A model generated the notes under the pieces. The model saw only the letters and a list, made by a program, of their open reading frames with translations. It searched no databases and was not told the origin of the DNA. DNA of 64,000 nt, taken from positions 1-64,000 of IMG/VR virus record IMGVR_UViG_2872485971_000002, one strand, 5' to 3'. Positions 1 through 9,893 of the stretch are shown here, piece after piece; position 1 is the first letter of the stretch, and each line of letters opens with the position of its first letter. Source of the DNA: an uncultured virus (IMG/VR IMGVR_UViG_2872485971_000002). Its lineage: Duplodnaviria; Heunggongvirae; Uroviricota; Caudoviricetes. Position numbers and translations under genes: made by a program.

Positions 1-468
1 ATGCCTAAACAGCAAACAGCAGAACTAAAACCATTTTTCCATAACAAAACAGTTTTAGTCACTGGCGGAACGGGTTCAATCGGGAGTCAAATTGTCAAAC
101 GCCTTTTGCTGCTTACACCTAAACAGGTGATTGTATTCAGCAAAGACGACAGTAAACAGTATGTCATGAGCCAAAAGTATGCGGAGGATAAGCGGCTATT
201 ATTTGTACTCGGAGATGTACGCGATCACAGAAGGGTGAATCAGGTGATGAAAGGCGTCGATATCGTCTTTCACGCGGCTGCGCTGAAACAGGTTCCGACA
301 TGTGAGGACCATCCATTTGAAGCGATCCAGACCAATCTCATCGGCGGACAAAATGTGGTGGAAGCTGCCCTTTCACACCGAGTGCAGCATGTCATTAATA
401 TCAGTACAGATAAAGCTGTATTTAATGATACTGACTACAAATATACAAAAAAGAAAGGGCTATTCTGA
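1..468 (+). pseudogene. spsM: 5' part of spsM (yodU), polysaccharide biosynthesis NDP-sugar dehydratase/epimerase, interrupted by the prophage
   Basis: TGGTGSIG Rossmann motif, FHAAALKQVP, ISTDKA. After the att core the frame runs into phage DNA and stops. Confidence 0.93.
406..421. mobile_element. SPbeta attachment core (left prophage junction)
   Basis: ACAGATAAAGCTGTAT lies exactly where spsM homology ends; matches the SPbeta att core as I recall it. Confidence 0.9.
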
Positions 469-630
469 TTTTCTCAGAGCCCTTTCAAACAAGAATTGTG
501 CGATCTCCTTATAGAACGCTTCTTTGTCATCACTACCCTTTGTTTGCTCGATAAACCTTATTGAATAATTCTTCTTATGAACAACCTTAATTGTTTTCTT
601 CTTCAGTTCTTCATATTCTTCATAAGGCAT
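460..630 (-). CDS. sprB: SprB (YotN)-like recombination directionality factor, 56 aa
   Basis: Hand-translated [29 protein letters not shown]...ALRKSE; GGGGG RBS; adjacent to att; not in the ORF track. Confidence 0.8.
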   Translation of the reverse strand: MPYEEYEELKKKTIKVVHKKNYSIRFIEQTKGSDDKEAFYKEIAQFLFERALRKSE

Positions 631-1221
631 TTATCGTACCCCCGTTTTCACAGGAGTATTATATGTATGTAACGGTTTGTCTCTTGACTGTTCTTTCTTA
701 ATTAATTCTCCACAAAGCTTGTTTAAATAATATGTATAATTCACTTTCTTTTTCATCCAGCGTACTTCAGTACCGATCTCTTCACAAATCGCAATGGGAA
801 TACTGGCTTTGTTTACTTTATTCTTATATGTATGGCTCAACTGTTTTTCAGCTATGTTCTTATATGTAAGGAAATCATTAATATGTACGAAATAAACCTT
901 ATTCTCTGGCTCTCTAAATTGAAACAGAAAGCCAGGAATTATGTTCGGGTATTTAGTTGCCTCTTTTAAGTGTTTTATCTGTTGTGCCTTTATAATTTCT
1001 TCTCGAAATGCAATAGACTTGTCCTTTGTTGATTTAAGCTCAAAAGGAAACAAGTACCCCTTAAAGAACAGAAAGCAATCATATTTGTTTTTTGATACTG
1101 CTGCCCCTCTTTTCAAGAACATTGGATTAACATCTTTAATCCTGTAGAAGAACAGCTTCTGATCTGCTGCTGATTTTTCAATGTTCGCTTCAAAAACTTT
1201 CCCTTGATTGTTTGCTCCCAA
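631..1221 (-). CDS. yotM: RecU-like Holliday junction resolvase
   Basis: GKVFE, YD, FELKST motifs of RecU; syntenic position. Confidence 0.8.
   Translation of the reverse strand: MGANNQGKVFEANIEKSAADQKLFFYRIKDVNPMFLKRGAAVSKNKYDCFLFFKGYLFPFELKSTKDKSIAFREEIIKAQQIKHLKEATKYPNIIPGFLFQFREPENKVYFVHINDFLTYKNIAEKQLSHTYKNKVNKASIPIAICEEIGTEVRWMKKKVNYTYYLNKLCGELIKKEQSRDKPLHTYNTPVKTGVR
661..688 (-). promoter_or_regulatory. Possible mother-cell (sigE/sigK) promoter of sprB inside the yotM 3' end
   Basis: CATACATAT -10-like element on the minus strand; sprB is known to be sporulation-induced; -35 is weak. Confidence 0.3.
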
Positions 1222-1295
1222 TCAATCACTCTCCTAATCTATATTGAAGGTAAATAATGTATGTGCTAAAATCGTTGCTGAAAGAGGTGTACATA

Positions 1296-1538
1296 GTGAA
1301 AAAACAATGGAAACCAGTTGATTCAAGACTCAATGAGCTTATGCATGAATATAGCGTTTCAATTGAAGACCTTGTTGAACGTACTGGATTACCTAAGCAA
1401 CGTATTAATGATTATGTAAGTGGTTTTAAATCAAATATGAATATTGGAACAGCAATGACATTTGCGGATGCCATAGGTTGCTCTATCGAAGAGCTTTATG
1501 TTTGGAATTTTAAAGAGCGCAGACAATTGATCAAATAG
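1296..1538 (+). CDS. yotL: XRE-family HTH regulator
   Basis: HTH; GTG start after AGAGGTG RBS. Confidence 0.8.
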   Translation: MKKQWKPVDSRLNELMHEYSVSIEDLVERTGLPKQRINDYVSGFKSNMNIGTAMTFADAIGCSIEELYVWNFKERRQLIK

Positions 1539-1539
1539 C

Positions 1540-1734
1540 TTACCAGGTGGCACCTTTTTTGATCCACCTGATTTCCTGCATTAATTCTTCATTATTGTCA
1601 GCTAAGTTAATTAAGTTACGGTGCGCTCTTTGCAAATCTTTTTCTTCAATGGCCTCCTTTACGGTTTTCATTTGTCTATCCATCTTGTTATACAGTGTTT
1701 GAATTGAATGATATGCCTCGTTAATTTTTCTCAC
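1540..1734 (-). CDS. yotK: Hypothetical phage protein (start may be ATT at 1725)
   Basis: ORF and synteny. Confidence 0.6.
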   Translation of the reverse strand: MRKINEAYHSIQTLYNKMDRQMKTVKEAIEEKDLQRAHRNLINLADNNEELMQEIRWIKKGATW

Positions 1735-1946
1735 CCTTCATTTTTTGGTTTTTATCTATGTAATCAATAACCATTCTGCTGACTTGTTTAACGAACTGTT
1801 CATATTTCTCGTTTTCATTATCACTGTAGATAATCTGGCCCCATGAAGTCTCTAACAATTTCGCTAGAGGAGAAAAGTTGGTCTTCAATTGTACTGAACA
1901 TTGTTTTCCAATCTTTAAACTCTTTCTCAATCAGTGTTGTGTTCAT
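1721..1946 (-). pseudogene. Probable frameshifted small gene
   Basis: The RBS-supported ATG at 1946 stops at 1821 (41 aa); another frame stays open to 1721. Confidence 0.4.
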
Positions 1947-4006
1947 TATGTAAGCTCCTTAATTTGGTTTATTTTTTTAGAACAAAATTCAAATAGCTCT
2001 TCAAAGCCCTTTCCTAAGTCATAATCAAAGTCCTCCTCGAATTTGGAATGCTCATCAATTTCATAAAAAGAAATGAAAATATCACAAATACCGATAAAAA
2101 ATGTCGTGTTACGGGTGGGTATTGTCAAGTCTATCCAATCACCATCATCACTGTAGGGCCCGCAATATTCCCTTTTAATTGATAATTCTAAATTATTTTT
2201 CAATAACACCTCACAAATATAGCGTTCAATTTTTTCTAAGCTCTGCAGCTTCTTTTTATATTCTTGACATTCTTCACATCTTTTTGCTAAAGACTTTTCA
2301 ATATGCATGTGTATATTCTCATCACTTTTAACAGCATTAACAAAATCATTTAATGTAGCTCTGACCTCTCCACATTCACAAGCGTATTCATATGGCAAGA
2401 TTGCCGCTTTAATGATTTCCTTGAATTTCAAGTAATATTGCTCTTCATCAAGGTTGTGGACTTCTAGGGTGTCATCCAATTTATATTTGCAATTAAAGCC
2501 CATATAAACTTTTAATATTCCCTTTTTAATTAAAATTCTTCCTATCTGACTCCTATCCCGACATTTCCTTTTAATCCAAATACAAAGCTCCTCTTCGGAA
2601 GGTTTCTGCCAATCAAGCGTTACGAAGATGGATGGATCAGATATTTGATCTCTAATAAATTTAAGGGTTTGTTCTTCCCCTTGCAAAAATCTGCACAATT
2701 TTTCAGGACACGGAATCGGTTTAAGCTTTTCCTTATATTTAAATATCTTCTTATCGAAAACTTTAAATAATTTCTCTGCGTTTTTAAGTTTTTTTATCTG
2801 TGACCAGACATCTTCACAAACAGTTAAACATTTAAAACTATTGTAATAAAGGTAAAGACCGTTCCTCTTATAAAGAACTTCATACAAATCGTCGTTATAT
2901 TTTTTTTGCATTTCAGATAGAGTTTCAATAAAACAACGGCTAGTTTTAATTTGTTCTATTTTTAACATATCCACCAAATCTCTTGCTACGGATTCAACGC
3001 TTTTTCCTGAAGTGAAAGAACTTATTTCAATAGAATCTTTGATGGTTTCTATGTCACTGTCTAATTTTTCAACACTCGACACAGTAAACTCTATATGAGA
3101 ATTTCCAAGTGTCTTATATTTCATTGAAAAATCATTGTTGTCATTATTGAATGTCACTTTGAATTTATGAATTTCATCTTTAATCCGTTGTTCATTTTTA
3201 AATTGTAGATAATCAGTCTTTAATCCATTGCAACTTTTTTTATTCAATATTGATTCGATGATTTCTTTATCTTGTTCATTAAATGAATCAATAAGCAATA
3301 CCATTTCTTCAATACTTATTTCATCTTTTTTGTATCTAAGAACGTCTTGCCAAAACCAATCTAATTTTTCAATCCTCATTTTATATTCATTTAATTTGAC
3401 TGATTTATAGATTTCTTCCTTGTACTGCCCAATGGTTTGATGATACAGATCATTCTTTTTTGTGTATCTGCATTTCCCATCGTAAAATAAAGGAACAAGT
3501 GTATAAACTTCACCATTATGTTTAAGCCTTTTTATATCAACTTCCACAATTGTTTTATTTAGCTCTAGCCAATAATCAATATAGTCTTCAACATTCTTCT
3601 TATTGCTATATTGCATTTCAATAATAATCTCTTGGTTACACTCTGTCTTTATGCTTAAGTCGGGGTTGTATTTCCCATTAGAAAGCTTATAAACAGGTTC
3701 AATGTTGATTTCTTTACACACATATTCAATGACATCATTTGTCTTTATGTAAAATTTGTCACCAGATTCTATGAATTTATTTTTAAACCACCAGTGAACC
3801 ATTGATTCTGCATGACAACTAGATAAATCAACATGCGCAAAATGAGGTGTTACTTTCTTAGACTCAATTGCTTTTGGGATTAAACTTGATCCACAAATCG
3901 GACAGAAAAATGTACTTTTTTTATTAAATTCATTAATTTTGTCAATGGTTATAACTCTATTATCAATATCTCTTGCAAACCACTGTTTTACATTCTCAAA
4001 AGACAC
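1946..4006 (-). CDS. CoiA-like zinc-ribbon plus PD-(D/E)xK nuclease with long C-terminal extension, about 686 aa
   Basis: FFCPICG...PHFAH...ESMVHWWFK, PD...IEMQ; GTG start at 4006 has a GGAGG RBS. Confidence 0.65.
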   Translation of the reverse strand: MSFENVKQWFARDIDNRVITIDKINEFNKKSTFFCPICGSSLIPKAIESKKVTPHFAHVDLSSCHAESMVHWWFKNKFIESGDKFYIKTNDVIEYVCKEINIEPVYKLSNGKYNPDLSIKTECNQEIIIEMQYSNKKNVEDYIDYWLELNKTIVEVDIKRLKHNGEVYTLVPLFYDGKCRYTKKNDLYHQTIGQYKEEIYKSVKLNEYKMRIEKLDWFWQDVLRYKKDEISIEEMVLLIDSFNEQDKEIIESILNKKSCNGLKTDYLQFKNEQRIKDEIHKFKVTFNNDNNDFSMKYKTLGNSHIEFTVSSVEKLDSDIETIKDSIEISSFTSGKSVESVARDLVDMLKIEQIKTSRCFIETLSEMQKKYNDDLYEVLYKRNGLYLYYNSFKCLTVCEDVWSQIKKLKNAEKLFKVFDKKIFKYKEKLKPIPCPEKLCRFLQGEEQTLKFIRDQISDPSIFVTLDWQKPSEEELCIWIKRKCRDRSQIGRILIKKGILKVYMGFNCKYKLDDTLEVHNLDEEQYYLKFKEIIKAAILPYEYACECGEVRATLNDFVNAVKSDENIHMHIEKSLAKRCEECQEYKKKLQSLEKIERYICEVLLKNNLELSIKREYCGPYSDDGDWIDLTIPTRNTTFFIGICDIFISFYEIDEHSKFEEDFDYDLGKGFEELFEFCSKKINQIKELT

Positions 4007-4254
4007 CGACTCCCCTCCTCTTTCTTTAATTATTCTTGTCCTTTGCTCAACATATTCATCCCATATAGATCCGTCTATACAATAATTATCTTTCAAACTT
4101 TTTAATATTCCTTATAGTCTGTATCTTCTCCCTTATTGTGTATTTCATTCAAAATCCTCAATAGCTTACCTTCAAGTGTTTCCTTATGTAAATTGAATAA
4201 GGTTTCCACTTGTTCTCCACTAATTTTATTTTTATTCTAAATAAAAGACCGATT

Positions 4255-4932
4255 TTATGTAGTTTTACATGCCAGAAAGACTCTGTTGATTAGCTCAAAT
4301 ACTGAATCCTCACTATCTGGATTAAATCTAATTAACTTATAACCTTTTCTTTTTATGTACTCTTCTCTAACCAATTCTTTGTGTTTCGAATAACTTTTAT
4401 GTCCATGCTCATCACATTCAATAGCAACCTTCTCTTCAATGACATAATCAATATAGTAAGTTCCACACTTCACTTGTTCCTCAATACTGAATACGTCTTT
4501 AAAAGCTGTACTGATAAACGCCCCTAACTTTTTCTCTTTTGCTTTATATTCTGCATTACCAATCACTACATCTGTAAATCTTTCTGGTAATTCAAGATGC
4601 CCAACGTTTTTCTGAAATTGTCTTGCGATAATGCTGTTCCGTAAAAGTAATCCTATTCTAAGTAAACCGTATATATTAACTAAGGATAGCCTTCTTACTT
4701 TTTTAAATTTGGGCGACTGAAAAATTGCTGCTTCCTGTTTCAATTTTTTCATTTCAACTGTTCTTATTTCTGAATATTGCTGTATTATTTTCATGTTCCT
4801 TTTCAATACTGTCTTAATTGTATCTTCAGGGACTTCGAAGTAATCACTTATCATCTGAACAGTGAATTCCTTTGTTGTTAATGACATTTCTATTGATTTA
4901 ACTTGGTCAAGTATTTGTAGGTAATTGTCCAT
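4255..4932 (-). CDS. DNA-binding N-terminus plus DUF559/Vsr-like endonuclease
   Basis: YYIDY...AIECDEHGH...GYKLIRFNPD C-terminal motif. Confidence 0.7.
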   Translation of the reverse strand: MDNYLQILDQVKSIEMSLTTKEFTVQMISDYFEVPEDTIKTVLKRNMKIIQQYSEIRTVEMKKLKQEAAIFQSPKFKKVRRLSLVNIYGLLRIGLLLRNSIIARQFQKNVGHLELPERFTDVVIGNAEYKAKEKKLGAFISTAFKDVFSIEEQVKCGTYYIDYVIEEKVAIECDEHGHKSYSKHKELVREEYIKRKGYKLIRFNPDSEDSVFELINRVFLACKTT

Positions 4933-4967
4933 CCTCGTCCCCCTTTCTAAATAAAATCAACATTTTA

Positions 4968-5273
4968 TCAATAATAAAACTCCATTAACGCATCTCTTCC
5001 TGCTCTGTTCAATAATTCAATATCGAATATTACATCTCTTCCCTTTAATTCGTTGTAATGATAATTAGGGTCATGCTTTTCATTGTAATGAATGAAGGAG
5101 ACGTTATGAGAAGTATATACGTCATAACGATTTTTCAAAATAATCAACATTCCATTTATCTCAATTGCTCCGATTGAAACATTGTTTAACATTGTCCTAC
5201 TGGGTAAAGAATGACGTAGTACACTTCTAAGTTCTTCGAATTTTTCACTTCTCTTATAACCATAACTGTTCAT
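4968..5273 (-). CDS. yotG: Hypothetical phage protein
   Basis: ORF with RBS; synteny. Confidence 0.6.
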   Translation of the reverse strand: MNSYGYKRSEKFEELRSVLRHSLPSRTMLNNVSIGAIEINGMLIILKNRYDVYTSHNVSFIHYNEKHDPNYHYNELKGRDVIFDIELLNRAGRDALMEFYY

Positions 5274-5469
5274 ATTGATCGTGCTCCTTTTCTGTATAAA
5301 ATTAGAATTTTATTTTCATTAAATTGAATAACCGCCTCATGCAACACACAAAACAAAAATGGCTGTAATAGACAGGAAAGCTAGTATAAAAATACAACCG
5401 TATAAAAACCCATTTAAAAACCCATGTGTATACTCTTTTAATTTAATCACCTTCTTTTTAAATTAATGT

Positions 5470-5498
5470 GTATATTTACAAAACATCTCCACACAATA
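5470..5498 (+). promoter_or_regulatory. sigG-type promoter of sspC
   Basis: GTATA-N17-CACAATA upstream of a SASP gene. Confidence 0.6.
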
Positions 5499-5542
5499 CA
5501 ATTGAACAAGCTTGTTTACATACAACTTTAGGAGATGATTAT

Positions 5543-5755
5543 ATGGCTCAACAAAACAGATCAAACAACAGCAATGAATTACTTGTGCCTCAAGCTGCTG
5601 GTGCCCTTGAACAAATGAAGTATGAAATTGCTTCTGAGTTCGGTGTGAACTTAGGGCCTGAGACAACTAGCCGAGCAAACGGTTCAGTAGGTGGAGAAAT
5701 CACAAAACGTTTAGTTCGCCTAGCCCAACAAAGCATGAATGGCCAATTTCATTAA
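5543..5755 (+). CDS. sspC: Alpha/beta-type small acid-soluble spore protein
   Basis: [10 protein letters not shown] and [16 protein letters not shown] signatures; AGGAG RBS. Confidence 0.95.
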   Translation: MAQQNRSNNSNELLVPQAAGALEQMKYEIASEFGVNLGPETTSRANGSVGGEITKRLVRLAQQSMNGQFH

Positions 5756-5760
5756 TGTAT

Positions 5761-5785
5761 GAGGGGATTACTCCCCTCTCTTTTT
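5761..5785 (+). terminator. Intrinsic terminator after sspC
   Basis: GAGGGGA-tta-c-TCCCCTC hairpin followed by a T tract. Confidence 0.75.
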
Positions 5786-5835
5786 ATGCTCCTCTTCCAA
5801 ATCCATAAGTACTACTGGCATTGTATTCACCTCCT

Positions 5836-6024
5836 TTAGTGAACAAATGTACTTCGTCTAAGCAGCTCGTCTAAAACGATTTGAAGTTTTCTTCTTTGGT
5901 CTTTTATGTATGCATTGTTATCGGTACGCAATCCATCATTAATTCTATTTTGTATGTCTGTTTTCAGTCTCTCTAAGCTTTCAATTGGTAATTTTTCTAG
6001 ACTAACTTTATATGATTGATTCAT
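5836..6024 (-). CDS. yotC: Hypothetical phage protein
   Basis: ORF; ATG at 6024 after GGGGG RBS. Confidence 0.6.
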   Translation of the reverse strand: MNQSYKVSLEKLPIESLERLKTDIQNRINDGLRTDNNAYIKDQRRKLQIVLDELLRRSTFVH

Positions 6025-6270
6025 TTTAATAGCCCCCAGCAAAAACGAGTGAAATTATCAATAACCAAAAGACTGCTCCAGAAACAGCAAGAAAGCTTTT
6101 TGCAATACTCATAAACTCTTGAAAATCATTCTTCAACGACTCTTTCACTGCATCACCTTCTCTTTAAAATACAGATTTCATTTAGATTATATCCAGCGCT
6201 CCATCACAGTAAGGACATTTGCCATTATCCTCTTCGCATGTACACATATATTTCACCTCCGACGTCCTCC

Positions 6271-6624
6271 TCAAATATCATTTAATTGTTGTTTCAGATC
6301 AAAGAATTCATCATGAATAATTTTAAATTTATCCTTATTTATGTATGCTTTGTCATCATTAAGATTAAAAAGGTCTAAGTACTTTCTTTTATTTCTTCTA
6401 ATAATTCTTAAAGCAATCGTGCAGCTAACCCATTCTTCATCTTCCAATTGGGTTAAGACTTCGCTTAATTCGAATAACAATTTAAGCTTCCCTTTGTTTT
6501 GCTGAGTTTCAAGTCTTAAAAGATCTCTCTGTTTTTCAAGTAAAGTCGTTTCTATTTGATATTTCTTTTTCTCCAAGGCTACTAGCTGTTCGTTGGTGCT
6601 ATGTATTTTGTCTCCTACCTCCAA
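6271..6624 (-). CDS. yosX: Hypothetical coiled-coil phage protein
   Basis: 117 aa ORF, AAGGAGG RBS. Confidence 0.7.
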   Translation of the reverse strand: MEVGDKIHSTNEQLVALEKKKYQIETTLLEKQRDLLRLETQQNKGKLKLLFELSEVLTQLEDEEWVSCTIALRIIRRNKRKYLDLFNLNDDKAYINKDKFKIIHDEFFDLKQQLNDI

Positions 6625-6658
6625 TGAATCACCTCCTTAAAGTTTGACAGTTTTTCTT

Positions 6659-6928
6659 CTATTCTGAACCCTTTTTATTACAGTCTAAATGAGATTTAAA
6701 ACGTTTAACTGCTTCTTCATATACAACCAATTTATTCAAATAAACATCAAGACATACTCCATTACCTTGTAACCCATCTGAATCGTATAGGCTGTAATTG
6801 TTATTTAACTTGTACTCCAAATTGTCCAAAGCGTTACGAATACTTTTTATTTGCTCCTTTAAACGTAATTCAGCCCTTTCTTTTTCTGCCTCAAGTATCA
6901 TCAGGTTATTGTTAATTTCATTTGTCAT
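6659..6928 (-). CDS. Hypothetical protein
   Basis: ORF with GGGGAG RBS. Confidence 0.65.
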   Translation of the reverse strand: MTNEINNNLMILEAEKERAELRLKEQIKSIRNALDNLEYKLNNNYSLYDSDGLQGNGVCLDVYLNKLVVYEEAVKRFKSHLDCNKKGSE

Positions 6929-7048
6929 AAAAAACTCCCCATTCTGAATAAAATATTAGTTTTATCAAAATGCATATTTTTTGTTTTTGTATTTTAAATA
7001 AAAAACTGCTATTTCATCAACCTCTTGTTATTATATTATACATATTTT

Positions 7049-7570
7049 TTATTTTTGTCTATATTTATTTTCAAAAGTTAGGAAGGAATAATTGTATTTG
7101 TTCTTTTCATCGGCTTCATTATGTTGTTTATTAGTCACTTTCCAATGATCATCTAACATTGGGAAATATGAATCTGCTTCATTTGACTCTGAATCAACAA
7201 TTGTCAAATACACTTTATCAGCGTAGGGCAAGAATGCTTTGTAAATCATACTTCCCCCTATCACCATCACTTCCTCATCAGTGTTAACTTGACCTTGAAT
7301 GAGCTTTAAGACCTCCTCAATTGAATGATACACAAAGGATGAATAATCTGGCTTAAAGTTCTGATCCCTAGTAAGTATAATATTCCTTCTATTCTGTAGA
7401 GGCTTACCTGTCATACCGATAATTGATTCGTATGTTGATCTTCCTTGAATACATATTTTCCCCTCAGTTTTTTCTTTGAAATGTTTCATGTCAGCAGGCA
7501 CATGATACAGTAATTTGTTTTGATGTCCAATGGCCAGAGTTTTATCACAGCAAGCAATAAGAGATAGCAT
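7049..7570 (-). CDS. dfrA: Dihydrofolate reductase
   Basis: AIGxxNKL, DMKHFK, GRSTYESI, PLQNRRNIILT, VIGG, ADSYFP. Confidence 0.95.
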   Translation of the reverse strand: MLSLIACCDKTLAIGHQNKLLYHVPADMKHFKEKTEGKICIQGRSTYESIIGMTGKPLQNRRNIILTRDQNFKPDYSSFVYHSIEEVLKLIQGQVNTDEEVMVIGGSMIYKAFLPYADKVYLTIVDSESNEADSYFPMLDDHWKVTNKQHNEADEKNKYNYSFLTFENKYRQK

Positions 7571-8409
7571 TAAACCGCTACCTCAAATAAAAGCTTGTCC
7601 CCATGTTTATAGTTGATTAACTTGAAATCATCAATGGTAAAGTTATAAAAATCTTTCACTTCAGGATTGATCCATAGTTCAGGTGCTTCAAACTGTTCTC
7701 TTTCCATTTGGATTTTCAAATTGCTTATATGACGGGTGTACACATGGCAATCCCCAATGTTAAAGATATATTCACCAAGCTCATAACCTGTGACTTGAGC
7801 AATCATGCGCTGCAACACATTATACTGAAATACATTGAATGGATTTCCCAACGCCATATCATTGCTCCGTGCTCTTACCTCCAGATGGAGTTTCCCTTGT
7901 TTAACGTACCATTGGGTCTCGTATACACATGGTGTTAAGGCCATTGAGTCTAATTCATCAGGATTCCAAAGCATTGTAATGTGCCTCCGTGAAGATGGGT
8001 TGTTTTTCAATTGATGCAGAAGATAATCAACCTGATCCACTTTTTCTCCATTTAGATTTCTGTTTTTCTTGCTCAACTGAAATCCATAAGCATTTCCGAT
8101 GGTGCCGTCTTCTTGCTTCCATTGATCCCAGATATGTACACCCATTTTATTTAATTCTGTAACATCGTTCGATTTCAGCTGCCAAATCCAGAGCAACTCT
8201 TTAATGGCTGTTTTCCAGGCAACCTTTTTTGTCGTTAAAATAGGAACCTCTGAGTTGTCAAACCTCATTTGCTTACTAATCACGCTTAGTGTATGAGCCG
8301 GTGTTCCATCAGAGTCCCACTTGGTTCTTACATTAAATTCTTCGTCTGAGATTCCATTATTTATAATGTCATTTATAATTGAGTTGTATTGTTTATCGAA
8401 TTGAGTCAT
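7570..8409 (-). CDS. thyA: Thymidylate synthase (thyP3/ThyA type)
   Basis: MTQFDKQYNSII start, LTTKKV, catalytic PC, RSNDMALGNPFN. Confidence 0.96.
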   Translation of the reverse strand: MTQFDKQYNSIINDIINNGISDEEFNVRTKWDSDGTPAHTLSVISKQMRFDNSEVPILTTKKVAWKTAIKELLWIWQLKSNDVTELNKMGVHIWDQWKQEDGTIGNAYGFQLSKKNRNLNGEKVDQVDYLLHQLKNNPSSRRHITMLWNPDELDSMALTPCVYETQWYVKQGKLHLEVRARSNDMALGNPFNVFQYNVLQRMIAQVTGYELGEYIFNIGDCHVYTRHISNLKIQMEREQFEAPELWINPEVKDFYNFTIDDFKLINYKHGDKLLFEVAV

Positions 8410-8484
8410 TTAAAATTAACTTCCTTTCATTTACACACTTTGGTAAGATATTCTTAGTTATAAATTGGAAAGGGATGGTCAGTT

Positions 8485-9090
8485 ATGCCTGTTTATAAGT
8501 ATAAGCCGGAGTTTGTTAGCGAAGTTATTGAGTGTAAAACTGAAAGATTAACAGATTCCATCGAAGCTAGGTACTGTTTATCGATAAAGTTAAACAACTC
8601 TTTAGACTCCTCTTTTGTTTATATAATGTTAAATCCAAGTATGGCAGGCAGGGATATTTCTGACCTAACCATAAACAAGCTTTGTAAATTCAGCCACACC
8701 CTTAACGAAGTAGGTACAATACATATTGCCAATCTGTATCCCTTTTATGAAACCAATTCTACAATGTTATCTTCTCTAATTAAAAACTTACAACACGAAA
8801 ATACAAATTTATTTGATACAGTAATGGCAACTAATCGGCAGGTATTGAGCTCCCTTGTAAGAGACTCAAAAAAAGTCGTCTTGGCTTGGGGAGATTGCCC
8901 TGATTTATTTGATAGGCAATTCCATAAAAAACAATGTAATGACTTTATGTTGTTGCTTAAAGAAGCGAATCAAAATCAGGTTTATGTAATAAAAACTCAT
9001 TTTGACAAGCTTCTAACTGTGAAAAACTCTCCAAGACATCCTTCAAGACCTATGCTAAAAGGGCTTGAGCCGTATAATGAGTGCAGCTAA
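8485..9090 (+). CDS. DUF1643-family protein
   Basis: IMLNPSxA...DxT, NLYP, AWG, PRHP motifs. Confidence 0.75.
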   Translation: MPVYKYKPEFVSEVIECKTERLTDSIEARYCLSIKLNNSLDSSFVYIMLNPSMAGRDISDLTINKLCKFSHTLNEVGTIHIANLYPFYETNSTMLSSLIKNLQHENTNLFDTVMATNRQVLSSLVRDSKKVVLAWGDCPDLFDRQFHKKQCNDFMLLLKEANQNQVYVIKTHFDKLLTVKNSPRHPSRPMLKGLEPYNECS

Positions 9091-9098
9091 ACACAATT

Positions 9099-9512
9099 TC
9101 ACATTATATGAAAAATAATACTCAAAGCAAAGATAAGGTTCCCAAAGACATAAGCCAAATAAATATACCTACTATGGCTCACTGTTTCGCCCTCCAACAC
9201 GTCTAAAACCTTAAACATGCTTAGGACTGTGTATATAACTGACAATGCTGTCCAACAGAGTATAAGGATATTTTCATGCATGATTAAACCGTTATATGCC
9301 AAGGGGATGATTAAAGAACTCCCCTTAAGCAAAGTAAACAGGTAAATTAAATTCTTATTTCGTTTCGCATCTTCTGGAGTTGAATTATCAAGTACACTCT
9401 TTACTTTTATATACGTATTGCTTTCCCCTCGCATAATCAACCTGACCTCATTAATGTTTAATACAATTAGATAAGCTGATAGAAATAAAGTTACATATGT
9501 TATAGTCAACAT
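9099..9512 (-). CDS. Membrane protein
   Basis: Four hydrophobic segments. Confidence 0.6.
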   Translation of the reverse strand: MLTITYVTLFLSAYLIVLNINEVRLIMRGESNTYIKVKSVLDNSTPEDAKRNKNLIYLFTLLKGSSLIIPLAYNGLIMHENILILCWTALSVIYTVLSMFKVLDVLEGETVSHSRYIYLAYVFGNLIFALSIIFHIM

Positions 9513-9582
9513 CTCCTAATTTTATATTTGTGTTGGGTTGGCTTTTACTCACCCTCAAACTCTATACCGTTAATATTTGCTT

Positions 9583-9876
9583 TTATTCAAATAGCTCCCC
9601 TTTAAAACCATTCACTTGATCAACAATACTTTCTTTGATTGCATGTGGTAACTGATCAATCCCTTTTACAATCCGTTTCTGACCAGTTTTCCTGATTTTT
9701 GCAGTCATCTCTTTAAAACACTCTAAAGCAGTATCTGAGATTTCATCATATAGCCCCTGAATTTTCACTAATACACTTAAATATTCTTCGTCACTTTCTT
9801 CAAATAGTGCCAATCCCTCTTCAAGTTTATTGATCTTTTCAATACTCTTTATTATTTTATTTTTATCCTTTAACAA
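9583..9876 (-). CDS. yosV: Hypothetical phage protein
   Basis: ORF and synteny. Confidence 0.6.
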   Translation of the reverse strand: MLKDKNKIIKSIEKINKLEEGLALFEESDEEYLSVLVKIQGLYDEISDTALECFKEMTAKIRKTGQKRIVKGIDQLPHAIKESIVDQVNGFKGELFE

Positions 9877-9893
9877 TTAATCACCCACCTATT

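Noticed and set aside
4183..4193. TTATGTAAATT resembling a chromosomal dif half-site
   Set aside because: No convincing partner arm at 6-bp spacing.
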